Shown: piece after piece, positions 39,084 through 53,073 of the stretch
Numbering within the stretch: the first letter of the stretch is position 1
Layout of the letters: every line of letters starts with the position of its first letter
Assembly: GCA_003344405.1 (NCBI GenBank)
Contig: NOWV01000013.1
Coordinates: 1-64,000 of the forward strand
DNA from: Trichoplax sp. H2
Lineage: Eukaryota
Reading direction: 5' to 3'
Length of the DNA stretch: 64,000 bases
Translations under genes and position numbers: made by a program
The notes under the pieces: model-generated
Database searches by the model: none
What the model saw: only the letters and a program-made list of their open reading frames with translations
Told to the model about the DNA's origin: nothing

Positions 39084-42000
39084 ATGGGAAGGAAAAAAAT
39101 TAGCATTACTAGAATTGGTGACGAACGTAATCGTCAGGTTAGTAACAACTCCTGCTAATGAGCTGTTCAACTGATAATAATGATTCCCCCTAAGAAATGC
39201 TAATTACTTAGTAGAGGCAATTCTTTGAAATGTTGCCGCGGTATTCAGTGCATAATAAAGCGCTCAATTTGTTGTTATTTATTGGTTGATAAACCATTTG
39301 GTACCAGTCTTACGAAACGCTACTTTACATCTTGTTGACTCTTGTCTACTTGTCAGTTATATTGGCCTTTCACATGCTACGCGTAACTGGATAGCACTTG
39401 TACGAAATAATGTCGATCATGTGGAAAATAAGACAGTTATCACTTCATCTGAACCTTATGTCACTATCACTAAATATCAGATGCTATTCTGAGAGACAGG
39501 CTATCTAGAGCCAACTTGATTATCTACTTTTTCTAATTGTCAGTATATTAATTGTTACTTTCTGTTGATCGTCTTCATTCTCACTTCTAATTATTAACCG
39601 TTACTTGTTTGTATTCAAAATCAATATTATTCGACGTTAGTAAGATTTAGATATACTGCAACTATTACCCTCACAATGGACTAGTACAGTACTTCTTCCA
39701 AAAAATAATAATTTTGAAAAAATTCTCCAACGTAAAAAACCCATTAAGCTAGAAGACGATATGTCATTCCTCACGAAACTTACTGATATACAATATTGTA
39801 CTCGTAGAAGTATTGTATCACCTTATATCTTTGTCTCTTACGACATTACCTGATGTTCAACTACATTTCCCATAACTTTACTATACTTGATCTAACCTGT
39901 ATCAGATCTACTGTACTGGAAGGAACACTACTTCATTATTAAATATAATATGCTATCATGGAGCGCCACTTATAGAATTATCTTACAATGAAAGTATGCC
40001 GTACATTGACTATTGTTTCTTCTTTAGCACATACTATATATGATGTAGCAAATGCAGAAGTCACAGAAACGATGTAAATGAATAAGTTTACAACATAATA
40101 CCGTGATTGTAGAATAAAACGAATCCAAGTAGTAGCCAGTAGATATGGTATAGTTTGAAATTCTTTTAAAATCTTACGTCATGACTTTCCTGCTTCATGA
40201 TTTACGTACGCGTAGTATCATCTCTACGTGTTGCGATTTATTTTACTTAGTGTGATCGCGTAATAACATAACAATGTATGGTTATATTTCCGAACAGTTG
40301 CTCGTGTATTAGTAACATCAAAAGATTTCATTACAACTCAACATGTATCTGGAAATATAATTTATTGACCCAACTATGTCAAAGGCTGTTAGTTTAAGAC
40401 TTTATCTTCCCTACAAAGTTTACCTAATGTACAATACACCAAATTTAATAATAAATATTGACTTGAATCTGAAATTTATTGCAGTATTCTAATAACTCAA
40501 TAGCAGTGATTTGCAAATGTAGCGACCATAGAGGTGAAGGCCTTTTTACCTCTTTGGTAGCGACTAAGAAATGGTGTAATGTCTTTCTAGCCAAATTAGT
40601 ATCTATATTTCATGATCGAGTACGTATTTTGGAAAAATATCTACGGTAGAAATACCGAACGATATATGACACTAGTATCATGTAGGACATGATGACATAA
40701 TTGAAGATGTTTCAAAAATATCAAATCTGATATTCTGTTCAAAAAAATAGAGGGAATAAATGTGAGCCTAAAATTAATGTAGAAATCGTACCTTTCATAA
40801 AATAAGGGTATTACTTAGCTATTAACGAAATCAGATGCCATTTTTGATATCAGACTAATAGCTATGCTGTACTTGTAGTCATTTATTGGACTGGGACTCT
40901 TTGGGTCAGATGTGTTATCTTATAGTACGATTTTTAACCATCTAATAGGTCACCTTTACGAAACGGAAATTTGGTCTTATGAAAAAAGCTTATGAACTTA
41001 GCGTTTTATGCGACTGTCAAATAGCTTTAATAATTTTTAACTCCAATAATAAGTTATTTCAATACGCAAGTAGCGATATGGATTCCATTCTACTGCGATA
41101 TACACAATTTAATGACCCACATGAAAGTCGTACAAATGATGACATAATAGAGGTTTGTAAATTTATATTTTGTATTATTGTAATGATGATATCATTGTAA
41201 GCGACCGTTAGTGCATTTAACCTACGTAAAACTGTAAATGTAAGAGGCCTTGAATTATGCTATTACCAATGCAGCGTTAGCTACTAAAAGTTTGCTTTAA
41301 AATATGCTGGAACATACGTAATACAGTTTAAAATCATCGAAATGATGTCGAATGCACTGTTTGTTTAATTTTGTTACGCTATTTGTAAATAATTGAAATC
41401 TAATGTATTACCTAGACTCTTAACAAGAAAGACAGTAAAGGATTGGATTCTGGAGATGACGAGCCCGACGTAAGTGTGATATATGTACAAGCGACAGAAA
41501 TAATCGTACTTACGTTATTCCATTGTGAAGTCCGAATAGATTTCAAGTGCTATCAATTTACTTTAGCAAGTAATACACGTCATACATGCGTGCTGTGTAA
41601 CCTAGATCCTTCAATTTAATTTATTAATACCGTTGATTATCCTTTAAATGACGTTATCATCTTCATAATACTGTATTAAATTTACATTATCAATTCTTAA
41701 TTTCTATTCTTAATACCTATAGTACACGCTTACTCCTAACACCGAAGCCAAATATAATAAAATTGATCAAGAGTTTGAACGCGTTATTCGTAATCCTTTA
41801 CAAGGACCGGTATTGAACGATAAATAGTTCTGAATATTGTCTTTTCCTATATGCATTAAGTGGAATCGAAAGCGTACGCCTCTTAGTACCTACTAATTAT
41901 AGGAAGTATTAAAAGTGACTTTGACTCCGTTGTATAGGGTGTAGGTTCAACGGGTGCCTTCTCACAAATGTCAGTATCTGTACCTGTTGGACAGGGTGGA

Positions 42001-43402
42001 ATGGCTGGTTCAAATTATCAGCACAGTCAGCCAGGCACAAGCAATACTCTCCAAATACAGTCTAATATTCCTCTTGGTGGCGATTCGCGAATATTGACTA
42101 CTGGAAATGTTATGACTAGCATTTCACAATCCAGACCTATTCTTAGAGGAGACGTTGTGCAGAGATTCGCACATATTCAGCCCGCGAGAAGTTCTAATCA
42201 ACATTATGCTGATCAGCACATGACTAGTAAGCTAGGAGCTTTTTCTCAATTTTAACTCTTGAGTGATGGATTTGATAATATTAGAATATTATTGTTGATC
42301 CGATGTTGCCTTGTAAAAACAGTTTATTTTTAGTAATGATGGCGATCGTTATGTTACAGTATTTTAAGAATTATATAAACAGTCAATAATGGCAGGAATT
42401 TGAACGCATATTTATTGTTTACAGGTGTTAATACTCAGCCCACTCGTGAAATAGAGCAGTCTCCTGTACTTACTAAGAAAACTCAAAGTCAGGAGAATTC
42501 TACGGTTGCATCGGTGCCTCGAACATCTAATAGTACATCAATGTCATCAACTTCTACCACGCCAGCTGCAAGCGCGAATTTGAATGACAATTCTAATAGC
42601 AATGCTGATGCTCCGTCTTCTAATAATAGGATTAATACTTCTTCCCGAACGAGCGCACCTTCAACCCATGAGACCACTCCTCATCCAAAAGGATCTAGAC
42701 CTGAACTAAGAGTTATAATTCCTTCCAATACTAAAGTAATTACGCTATTATAATCAGATTTGTTGATGTAAATTGCTTGAGGCAAAAATTTCTAACCTTA
42801 TTGATAGATACCTTATGGTCCTCAGTCAGATGTTCCTCCTGCTTTAGCAACACCTGTCATTTCGTTAGCAACTCCAAGCTATCCAAGTCAAATGACTTTC
42901 CTGCCCCTTACGAATACTGACTTTCCACTTAGTGCTGATATCACCGTCTTAAATTCTCCATCGCCGTGGCAATCATCAGGATTACCGCAAGTTAGGTAAT
43001 TTTTTATTTATTAGACCTGTTTTATGAATGTTTATTGAACACTATTTCAAGACTTGCTCATATTTTAACTTGTTTCTAATTAAACTATTTATAGCGCTTC
43101 GGGAGTTCTATTGTCATCAGGCATTAATCAGTCAACATCAGTTCCTACTGGAGGATCTAGTTCGATAATAAATTCTAATAAGGTAATGAGATTGCATGAG
43201 GAGTCATTGCGGAGTCTTGTTACAACTTCTTATATAATCACTGTAAATTTGGTAAACTGTCAGTATTGTTTATATTCTGTATTTGCTTTACTAGGTTCAA
43301 CATTCATCAGGTGTAGAAAGTAACTCTTCACAAATGCAATGCCTTGGGGAAGGTGATAGAAATGCTTCTCTAAGTAAGCGCCCAAAACTCGATCAAAATT
43401 AA
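39084..43402 (+). CDS. MEF2: Myocyte enhancer factor 2 (MADS + MEF2 domain transcription factor), ~9 coding exons
   Basis: Exons 39084-39137 ([18 protein letters not shown]), 40949-41152 ([23 protein letters not shown]...PHESRTN), 41416-41469, 41723-41809 ([16 protein letters not shown]), then ~41938-42226 (MSVSVPV), ~42425-42735 (RPELRVIIP), ~42808-42995 ([12 protein letters not shown]), ~43095-43182 and ~43295-43402 ([12 protein letters not shown]-like). Confidence 0.95.
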
Positions 43403-45098
43403 ATGTGCTATATTAATATTGTACTTACTCGTATACAGTGGTACAGAAATTACAATACTATAAAGTGTAGTAACAGCAACTAATTTTAGAAATTGATGTA
43501 ATTCCATGTACCTTCATAGGTAATACATTAAATAGTTTGAACTCTCAAGTATGATTTATTACACTATTATGCTACATTTAGTAGACTGATAATAATAATA
43601 CTCTTAATTAAGATTACTTTTAAGAATACTTAAATTAATTATCAGACGATAGCACAACCTGATAACATACGCGTAGATGAATCATTAATTCATTCCTGCA
43701 GATTACTCAAATTTAAGATTTAATTTCAAAATATTCATGCTTATTGACTTTGGCTGAGTATTTCTATGAATAGGTATCAGAATTTAACTAAATCACCTTT
43801 TAGCATTATCACAACAGTGAAACGCATTATTATCATAAGGCGATATATATATACGCGTATATGCGCACCTGTTTTACTCATATATAACATTTGCTTGTAT
43901 TATTTATGAAATCAATTCAAACCATGCCTGTAATACTCGTATTGTTAAAATATTCATTCGATACTATAAGTGCGACATCGATTTTCTGTAAGACTTTTAC
44001 TTGTTACTATTTGATGTTGGTTCAGAGAAGATCATGATATACCAGTATAGCCTGCAAATTGCGATATCAACTTATTGATGTTGTCTCAATGGACAAGACG
44101 AAGCACTGATTGTATATTTCAAATACATTCGTCGAGTTTTTAGCGGAACTTTATTTGTTGTATAGCAAGCGAATGAGCGATAAATTATTATCAATTACAG
44201 CTAACCCATACTGCAAAAAGTTTTTTGGTGCTTTGTGGTAAACCTGTATTGGAAAGCGATAACTATTATCATAAGTCTTAACTTATGATAATGCTCCACA
44301 TCACTCTAAAAATTAAAGCCTTTGTTACAATTAAATAAAAGCTTCTTTGATGATCTCGCCCTCAAATTATGATGTCTAAGAAATCACAATGAGGCTTTAC
44401 TACGACAGTATAGTAAATTAAATTATGCCAGTATATATTCATCGATGTTTTGGACAACATTTTAGATAGTGTAATCTCAACTTTACAGCCCATAGCAGAA
44501 TTAACTTTTACGATAACTACTTTTTGTCAGTGATTAATCTACAATTCCTATGCTTCATGTATTATTCACTCTTCTAGACTGCATGGAATATGATAGTATG
44601 TGCTAATCACTAGTCACTAGCGCCTATGTTTATGATCGATGAGCCCATTAATTAGGTTTGCACTCTTGTCTTCCAAAAATATACTAAATAAAGGTACGTA
44701 AGTATGACTAAATGGTGCTATTGATAGCTAGTTACATCCAACTTGTGGTATGCTGCCTACGCGTATAGGCAAAGTAGTACGGTATGGTATTTCAAATTGA
44801 TCAAGTAATTTGCATAAACACCGCAGTAGCTCACACTTCTCTTCTATAAGTAGTACGGTAGCTGGATGATTAACGTTCGCAGGACTATAATTACCATGAT
44901 CATCAATTAATCAAATAACAAGCCATTTTATTAACATTTTAAGTTTGAGCAATTGACATCTATTAGCCAGATGTGATCGCGCCTAAAAGACTTTTACGAT
45001 ACGGTATCAGAAATATATTACCCTCCTACACTACATTGTTCTACCATAGTTGAAAGCATATAAATGGGGTATTGAAAATAATTAGCATTCGATGAAGC

Positions 45099-47613
45099 TT
45101 ATGGCTGCATGCGTAAAGCACCATCCAATCGGATGACTTCCCCATTAAGCATAGGATTTTCAATAATAGACTGAGCTAACTGAGCGTATTCATCAGGATC
45201 TCCAAGGCGTGAAGGATATGGGACCGATTTGCCCAATTGTTCTCGGACTTTCTCAGGTAATCCCATCAACATTGGCGTAAGGAAAAGACCTGCAGAAGGA
45301 TGCGATAGAAAGTTACCATTTTATTGTACATTGGAACAAAGCAATAGAAGGATAATTTGTTACTGTCGACTTGATAGCATATGCAGTAAATTATAACACT
45401 TTTACTCATTTATTGAATAAGTGTAGTTGTCGCTGAAAAGTCAGAATACTTCTGTCACTTAAATACCACCTACCGGGTGCAATAGTACAAATACGAATTC
45501 CGTTACGAGATAAATCCCTAGCAATAGGCAGAGTCATCCCAACTATAGCTCCTTTTGAAGCCGAATATGCGGCTTGACCGATTTGTCCATCATAAGCAGC
45601 AACACTTGCAGTGTTGATAATAACTCCACGTTCGTCAGGATTGCTTGCACTAGCACCAGGTGAGACATCACCCTGAATCATTTCTTGGGCACATAGTCGG
45701 ATAACATTAAAAGATCCGGCAGTATTGACCTGCAAGCAAGCTCAATATTAGCTATAGTAACTCAACGCATAGCAATACCTTTTTATAAAGCTACAGTATA
45801 TAGGTAAATAATTCTTGATATTTTAGTTACTGCTACAGTATATTACACAACTTGATTAACAGCAATGCATGATGTAGTATGTTTTGACTCTAGTTTTGAC
45901 GTGTAAGCATACCGTACCAATAAGACTTTGGCAAAGTCATCATAAGGATGAGGGCCTCTCTTTGTAAGAGTCCTAGTAGCTATAGCAATACCAGCACAGT
46001 TAACAACTGCACGAACACGACCAAATTTTTCTTTAGCAAGTTCGATAGCATTGAGTACGTCTTGCTCCTTGGTCACCTAAATATATCCATAGCATGACAT
46101 ATTAATTTACATTTCAAGAATTTACAATTTTCTGTAATCACGGAGATAATAATACTAGGAGCACTAGAATCCTCGATTATTATATTTGATTTTCGTAATT
46201 GACATTGAAAGAGGATTAATATGTTTATTGGAGTAGCCAAAGTAAGAAAAATACGGTGTGCGTTGGATTTACTACCGAGATTCTGACAATATTATTCGCA
46301 TCTATCCCGTGTACTCCTAGTATGATTGAAACCAATTTCAATCTACAGAATTGGAGAGTGACATTAACCACGATGATAAGGCGAATAGAAATGGTAAAAT
46401 TTTAAAAAGTTTTTAAAGTTCAGAATTAAGATTTAAGCTACAAATTATGTTAGTTATCAGAAGAAAAACTGCCAAGCAAAGGCCAGCATGTCCGCGTCAG
46501 TTGGTAAGGTAGAGATTGAAAAATAAGTTCTTTTCTGAGATACATAGACTGGCTGGTAGTTCGTTTACATGTATTTTATCTAATGGTTGTCTACGCATAT
46601 AGTATTTACATGTTTATCATCGAACATCTGAATAAAGTACATTCAGTATCACTGAACCTTGACTTCATGAAGGCTCAAATACAATAATATACGCGTAATA
46701 CTTTGCTGTTGTTGACATCATCACTAAAATCAATCAAGCGTAAACAAGAACATTCACACTACTGTTCTGAATACTCGTTCAGCGCATAATCATACTATTT
46801 CTTTGCTGTAAATTAGAAGTGTCATGAAGATTAAAAGTGCTTATTTGCCAGCTTGCATGCAGAATATCGATCATCTAGATGTAAGCTTTGCAACGATAGA
46901 CGGACGATACATGCGTACCTAATATTGATGTAGCTAAAAGTAAGGGGTTGTTCATCATTCTTCATTTGCGTCTAATTGATGATTACCGTTAGTATGTATT
47001 AATGTATGTATAGACACGATGATTTCATACTGATCCGTTACGACTACAGTAACGCCTAGTAACGCTTGCCCTAGCTGTTTACGTTGAACTCCGTTGCTTA
47101 TTTTTAGTACCGTAAAAATGGAGTAAAACTGCTGCACTCATGTTCATCTTATGGACGTAGTAACGCTGTAAAAAATACATGTAATCCATGCATTTAACAA
47201 AGGGAGGAGTGATTGCGTACAAAATACTCGTCTCTATCTGTATTTTTAGGATCGAATTATGTAAGGCTTTGCAAAATAATTTCAATTTCAATTTATCCTT
47301 CCATTCAGCTGTTAATGCAAAGCCTGCTGCCTGGCCAGCTACCTCCTGTAGGCTAAAAATGAGTGTCCTCGAGTCCTGTCTGAAGGTGAGACATTGGACT
47401 TTTTTAAACTATTGCCATTGCATGCAAACTTACATCGGTTGGGGCAAAGGCACAGCGATCGCCAATTTCTTTCGCAGTAGCATCCCCTTTACTATTGGGT
47501 AAATCTGCAATGATTACTCGAGCACCATTTCTAACTAAGCGTTGAGCAGTAGCTCGACCTAATCCAGATGCACCGCCAGTAACGAGTGCAACCAATTCGC
47601 TAACAACAGACAT
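45099..47613 (-). CDS. HSD17B10: 3-hydroxyacyl-CoA dehydrogenase type 2 (SDR5C1/MRPP2), 261 aa
   Basis: Exons 47613-47434, 46076-45918, 45729-45474 and 45289-45099 join in frame. Motifs: [37 protein letters not shown], and C-terminal [15 protein letters not shown]. Confidence 0.96.
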
Positions 47614-47884
47614 ATTGAGTTGGAGTTGTCAAGTTTGTATCGTGCTGACTTCGATCGACCACTTTTGGCTTGATGTGTCACCAGATCGCTTCACTCGGTT
47701 CATTATGAAGTGGTAGCACGGGTCACACCGACTGTAGCAGTGTACAGTACACTGCTGCATTGATTCATTTTTGACCATGCAAATCGAGCAACCCATGGCA
47801 AAAGTTCATGAACTTTTCAGTGATTCATCAATCATTGTACTGTACACTGTAAACCCTTCCGATTTTGACTAAATGTTCAGATTC

Positions 47885-48035
47885 TACAGTACTGTACTGT
47901 ACAGTGTACAGTACGGTATGCTGAAACGTCTCCAATGATTTGTTACATTTCAGAATACTGTACAGTACAGTATTGTAGAATTGCGAACATTTGAGACGTT
48001 TCAGCATACTGTACTGTACAGTACAGTACAATATT
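47885..48035. repeat. Imperfect long palindrome (hairpin) within a CAGTA/TACTG low-complexity tract
   Basis: Perfect 17-bp inverted repeat GTATGCTGAAACGTCTC (47916-47932) / GAGACGTTTCAGCATAC (47993-48009), extended on both sides. An inner palindrome AATACTGTAC-A-GTACAGTATT is centred at 47964. Confidence 0.85.
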
Positions 48036-50597
48036 ACCTATTGCTGTATTGTGCTTTACAGTGTACTGTACTGTACAGTGTACAGTGTACAGTACTGTAC
48101 ACGGCTTGAGTACCGTACACCCTGCAGCACTGTAGGTAAAAAGCAATTTTATCCCCAAGAGATCGACAGCAATGACTGCCAATGAGGGATTAGTCGATAT
48201 TGCCGATCGTCCATCATCATGGACTTCTAAATGAGAAATACATCTTATTCTCTTAGGGCTTACAAAGCTTTTGAAAATATCGATAACCTACCTGTAATGG
48301 AATAGAGCATGATTACCGATACACTAGTGTATCGATATTGAGTATCATACTACTGTATTTGAGGAAGACAGTAGAGTGCACTGTAGTAATGTCTTGAGTA
48401 ATGGTCGCTCGTTAACAAGAACCATTGACACACTGGACTTTTCTATTTCAGCAACGTTTATATCAATTAGCCTTGTCGCTGAAATACAACATGTCGACCT
48501 TACAAAAAATCCCTGATTTTAACCCTGTGATGATACGATATTGTAGTAATAGTAGTATGCATGGATTACTCAATGTATCAGTGATCACAGTGAAGTTGCT
48601 GTGCTCGTAGAATTAATTTGTGTCAATCCATCAGTACTCAAGTGGAGAGCGATACGATTGTTTCAATTTCACGCCTGTTTTTTCTAGCAAATCATTTTGT
48701 ATCCAATCCGGTAGATGCGTATCATTGCAGATTGCCATGATCATAGTGTGCGAAACCAATCTGCCAGCTAATTTGCAGCAAAGTCGTCCACTGTACGCGT
48801 ATATAAAGTTGAAAAGTAAAGTGCAGTGCTTCTATCAACCAACGATAGATATTATACTTTGTAGTTAGAATGGACTTCAATTTGTGCTTAGCCAATGACA
48901 AGTTGAAAAGTTTAGTCCATAGTACAGTACACGTATATCTGTCAGTCAAGCAGTAGAATGGAATACTGAATAGTGATATTGGCTCAAGTTTCTGCCAGTC
49001 ATTTTATATTATAGCTACTTACCAAGTTGAAAAGTTCACTACAGCATTCCTGTCAGTAAAGCTATAGGGTATTGTACTTAGCAGTTATGAAGGTAAGAAA
49101 AGCCGGGTGCAATCGCTAGCAGTTACCATTGAAGATGGAAAATTCGGCACAGTATTTCGGTCAGTGAAGAGATAGGATATCATGACAGTAATAATTTTTA
49201 TACCTACCTGATGCATGCTTATGGCATGTTTGAATGGACTAGCTGTAAAATGATTTTGACCATTGACCCTAGCTAGCTGAGTGTTGCAAACGACGATATT
49301 GGCACTTGCGACCAGCAATTCCTATCAGGTTCTGTTGCCTTCAACAAGACAGGAACTAGCAAGCAAAACAGATAGAGACGTATAAATAACGCTGTAAACT
49401 AGTACTTGTTATGTGACCTCACTAGTCACTTACTGTAAGCTGATTCAGCAAACCTGCAGCAGAATGTTATGAACTATTTTTACTTAATGGTACAACACTC
49501 ATTCTTAAGATTAGATTGTGCATGAATAAAGTATGAATACACGTAACTGTAAGTAAACGTTATCTACCCTCAATTATCTTGTTTTCGTCTTCATCAAGAA
49601 TATCTAACCCTAGAATACTCATCTCTAAAAATACCACAAGCATCTAAATAGTTCGTACTATTAGAGCTATCTTATTTCAGAAACCTTGTCTACAACAATC
49701 CTATCATCGACTAACATACCATTTTATAATGACAACCAATCAAGGTGTAAATTTTGTCAGGTGTATTGCTAGTGCTTAAATAGAATCTGAGAAATATACC
49801 AGATCTTATCACACAAATATCGCCCATGTGGGCATGAATACCTCAAAATTAGTAGATTTTAATTTCATTTCCAAGCAGTCATGACGTGCATTTTAAATGC
49901 ATCATCAATACAGTTTGATAGCTATGATGTATTTAATATACTCCCATAGCATTACTTGATCATAATTCTACCATATTTGTTCCATGGTAAGGAAATTACA
50001 ACATATGCCAACGATAAATATTGTAATTGATTGATACTGTAATGCAGCTCCAGCAAATTAAAATTAATCAGTACTAGTAGCATTAAGCTTAATAAGCAGC
50101 TAGGAGAACTATACTATACCGTTTAATCTAAATTCCGTAATAGAAATACTATTAAAACAGATACAATACCGTCGTCTATCCTTCTATTCAATTCTCTAAA
50201 ATCGCTAGGATAAATTACCAACAATTACACTATTACTATTTAATTCTATACATAGTTCCAATTGTAGTAACTTATTCACTGTTGCTGGGTGCGCTCATGA
50301 TACTAAAAAATTTCATCACATGAATAGATACATCCATAAAAATATCATTCATAAATCAATCAACAACCATTTTTATAATACTTTATCTAGTATATACGTA
50401 TGTATGAAAATCACTTAGCGAATAATCTTCAAGCTCTAATCCACTTGTAATATCCTGACGTTGATTAACTATCGCTATAATTGTTACGACGATTCAATTT
50501 CAATTTCAATTACTGCAGTGTAGTAACTTTATAGGATTCTTTTATCGTAACAATAATGCCATTCTAAAGGCAAAGCTTATTTACATTTCAATATTGT

Positions 50598-53073
50598 CTA
50601 ATTTATTGGCAAGATCAGTTTCATTGCCATCCATAGTAATAATCCATATAGGCAGAAGCAATCGTGTCGTAAACAACTGGAACAATTAGTATACCCTAAG
50701 CCGTTGGATAAATTAACCGTTTTTGCGCTAGAGTCAGGAAAAATTTCGCAATCCAAGATTGATCCAATGATAACTTTAATTGCTTCTGGTAAGCTATATT
50801 AAAATCCACATTAGAAAACTATCACTACATAATCCATATTTAAATGAAATCATTAACTTATAATCCACTAAATTGATAAATTATATAATCCTCTTTACTG
50901 CATATTAGAGACAAAAAGGCTAATTATATATAACTATAAAAGACTAAAGTTAGCCGATTATAATTATCAGGGTGAAATTACCGATATTCAATCTACAGTA
51001 TTTAGCTCCATTCACTTGCCTAAGACATTAATCGTTCTCTCATTATTACTTCTACAATAGAATCTGTTTAGTAGTCTATATTACTTGTACTTTCTAATTT
51101 TCATTAATCTCGAGTATAACGAAGAGCTGATAACTTGAACATGTTACTAACCACTACTGTACTGGCTTACTTATTGTGGTACGTAAATAGAAAAAAATGG
51201 ATCCAATTTACAGAATAAACCTTCAATACTTATAATCTTTCTTGTGCTATGCAGCAATTAGACTCATGCTTTTATGCAGTAAATATATTCAACCACTGAA
51301 GGATAAACTTACCAAGCTTTAGCTTTCCGACACTCTTGTTTGGTAATTGCACTTAGTAACATGGTCGAATCCGCACTACAGAAAGGAATTTCATGACAAG
51401 CTAATGATAAGATTCCCGTTGAACAGTCCTTACTCACTCTAGCAGTATTTAGAATTGATTTTAGAGACGCAATACTCTTCGACTGACGAAGCAGATTCGG
51501 TATCATCCATTCAGGGAAAGTCATATTAGCCGGTAGATCAGAACATTCATCAATACCAAATGAATTAAATGGCGGTTTGACACATCTCGCCAAAGTATAA
51601 TTGCTCACGCTAACATTACAATAACGATTCAACTGTATACCGCTATTGCGGCATTGATGAGAAAATTGACGACATTGTTTTATATTACCAATCATTATAC
51701 TCTGTCTATCGCTGGAACATTTCGGCAGATTCGATTGGCATAGAATCTCCTTAAAATATCGGCTGCAGATGGAGTTTGAACCCAGTTGCTTTTCAATAAC
51801 TACGTAATTGTCAATAAATTGATCTAATTTCCTAGCATTTTTACTTAATAGAAAAGCCGGAACTGATGAATTGTCACGGCAAAAGTTTTGAATCTTTAGC
51901 GGCGGTTGACGACATGAGCTTAATTGATCCAACGAGTAAGCAATAACATCTTCAGAAATTGATGCTACTCTTTGTCTGCGACTAATTTTATTGAATATCT
52001 ACCAATAGAAAAAAAACATTCGATTATTAGAATAAGAGCATATCATAGGGTTGATAGAGTTCAAGTTATCGATGATTTGTCATCAGGTGATATACAAATT
52101 CATAACTACAAAAAAATATTTAGATCTACAGCATGGCTTGGCTATTTGTATTCCGATTATGCAGTAACTGCTATTTGATTCAAAATTATCATACTTTTAA
52201 ATGATATAACAAAAATCTTCTTGTATATCTACACGTAGTCGTAAGTAAACATGACCAACAATGGATTACCATATGTAATCTTATAGAGTTAAAGTCAAAC
52301 CTGACAGGAATGTCGTAAATTTATTTTTCTATAACTGCAAAAGATTAACGTTAAAGAAATCCATTCTTTACAAATTAGAATTTAATAGAATTATTAGAAA
52401 TAGCATAACAGAGAGGTCAAGCTAATTATTCACTGCTCATTGAGTGCAAGTTAAAATGATTTTAAATGGACCATATTAATGTCACAGTATAGAAAAAAAA
52501 TCGATTGGATTGTTAATTTCGTAACTTGATCTGAGAGTTCAATTTTCATCTACCACCTTAACTTACAGATAGTGTATCACATTTTAACGAGTATTTAAGT
52601 GCATTATCAATCACTATGTTAATTATACCACGATACTGCGTGAAATTCGCAGGATAAGATTTTCATACTGTAAGCTTCTCAGATTACAACTAGTTTATCA
52701 ACAATTTTCTGAATGAATTTTGTCTTTTAAAATATCGTGGTTATAGTCAATAGCCTTAATAGCTAGTCAGTAACTAGATATCAATAGAACGCTATAGATC
52801 CAATTTCCTGCTGAAAGATTATAATTTTCTTCAGTTATTAGGGATGGAATGGATAGGGTCCCGCTTCAAAAACTATCTTCTACTTACTTGCTTCTTTGAG
52901 CCATGATAAGATTCCTCGTCGCGAGATGGGTCTTTACTATCGTCAAAATGATTGAATGGATCACTTCTAATATTGTTTTGACCATAATGGATATTTTGAC
53001 ATACACCAAAGCTAAGAAAATAAAGTAAAACTAAATTTGTTACCATCTTTAGATCGATTGTTACTTTGGACAT
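50598..53073 (-). CDS. Secreted/GPI-type protein with two Frizzled-like cysteine-rich domains (divergent paralog), ~355 aa
   Basis: Exons 53073-52888, 51998-51313 and 50793-50598 join in frame. Signal peptide, RRQR, Cys patterns (C..FKEILCQSNLPKC; C..GILSLACHEIPFC...C...C...DCEIFPDS) and a hydrophobic C-terminus. Confidence 0.75.

Noticed and set aside
47828-48185. Cys/Tyr/Thr/Val-rich ORFs (YCTVQY repeats)
   Set aside because: They are translations of the CAGTA/TACTG low-complexity palindrome.
49060-49330. Exon-like, protein-looking stretch on the plus strand
   Set aside because: It is interrupted by stops, no family is recognisable, and no partner exons were identified.
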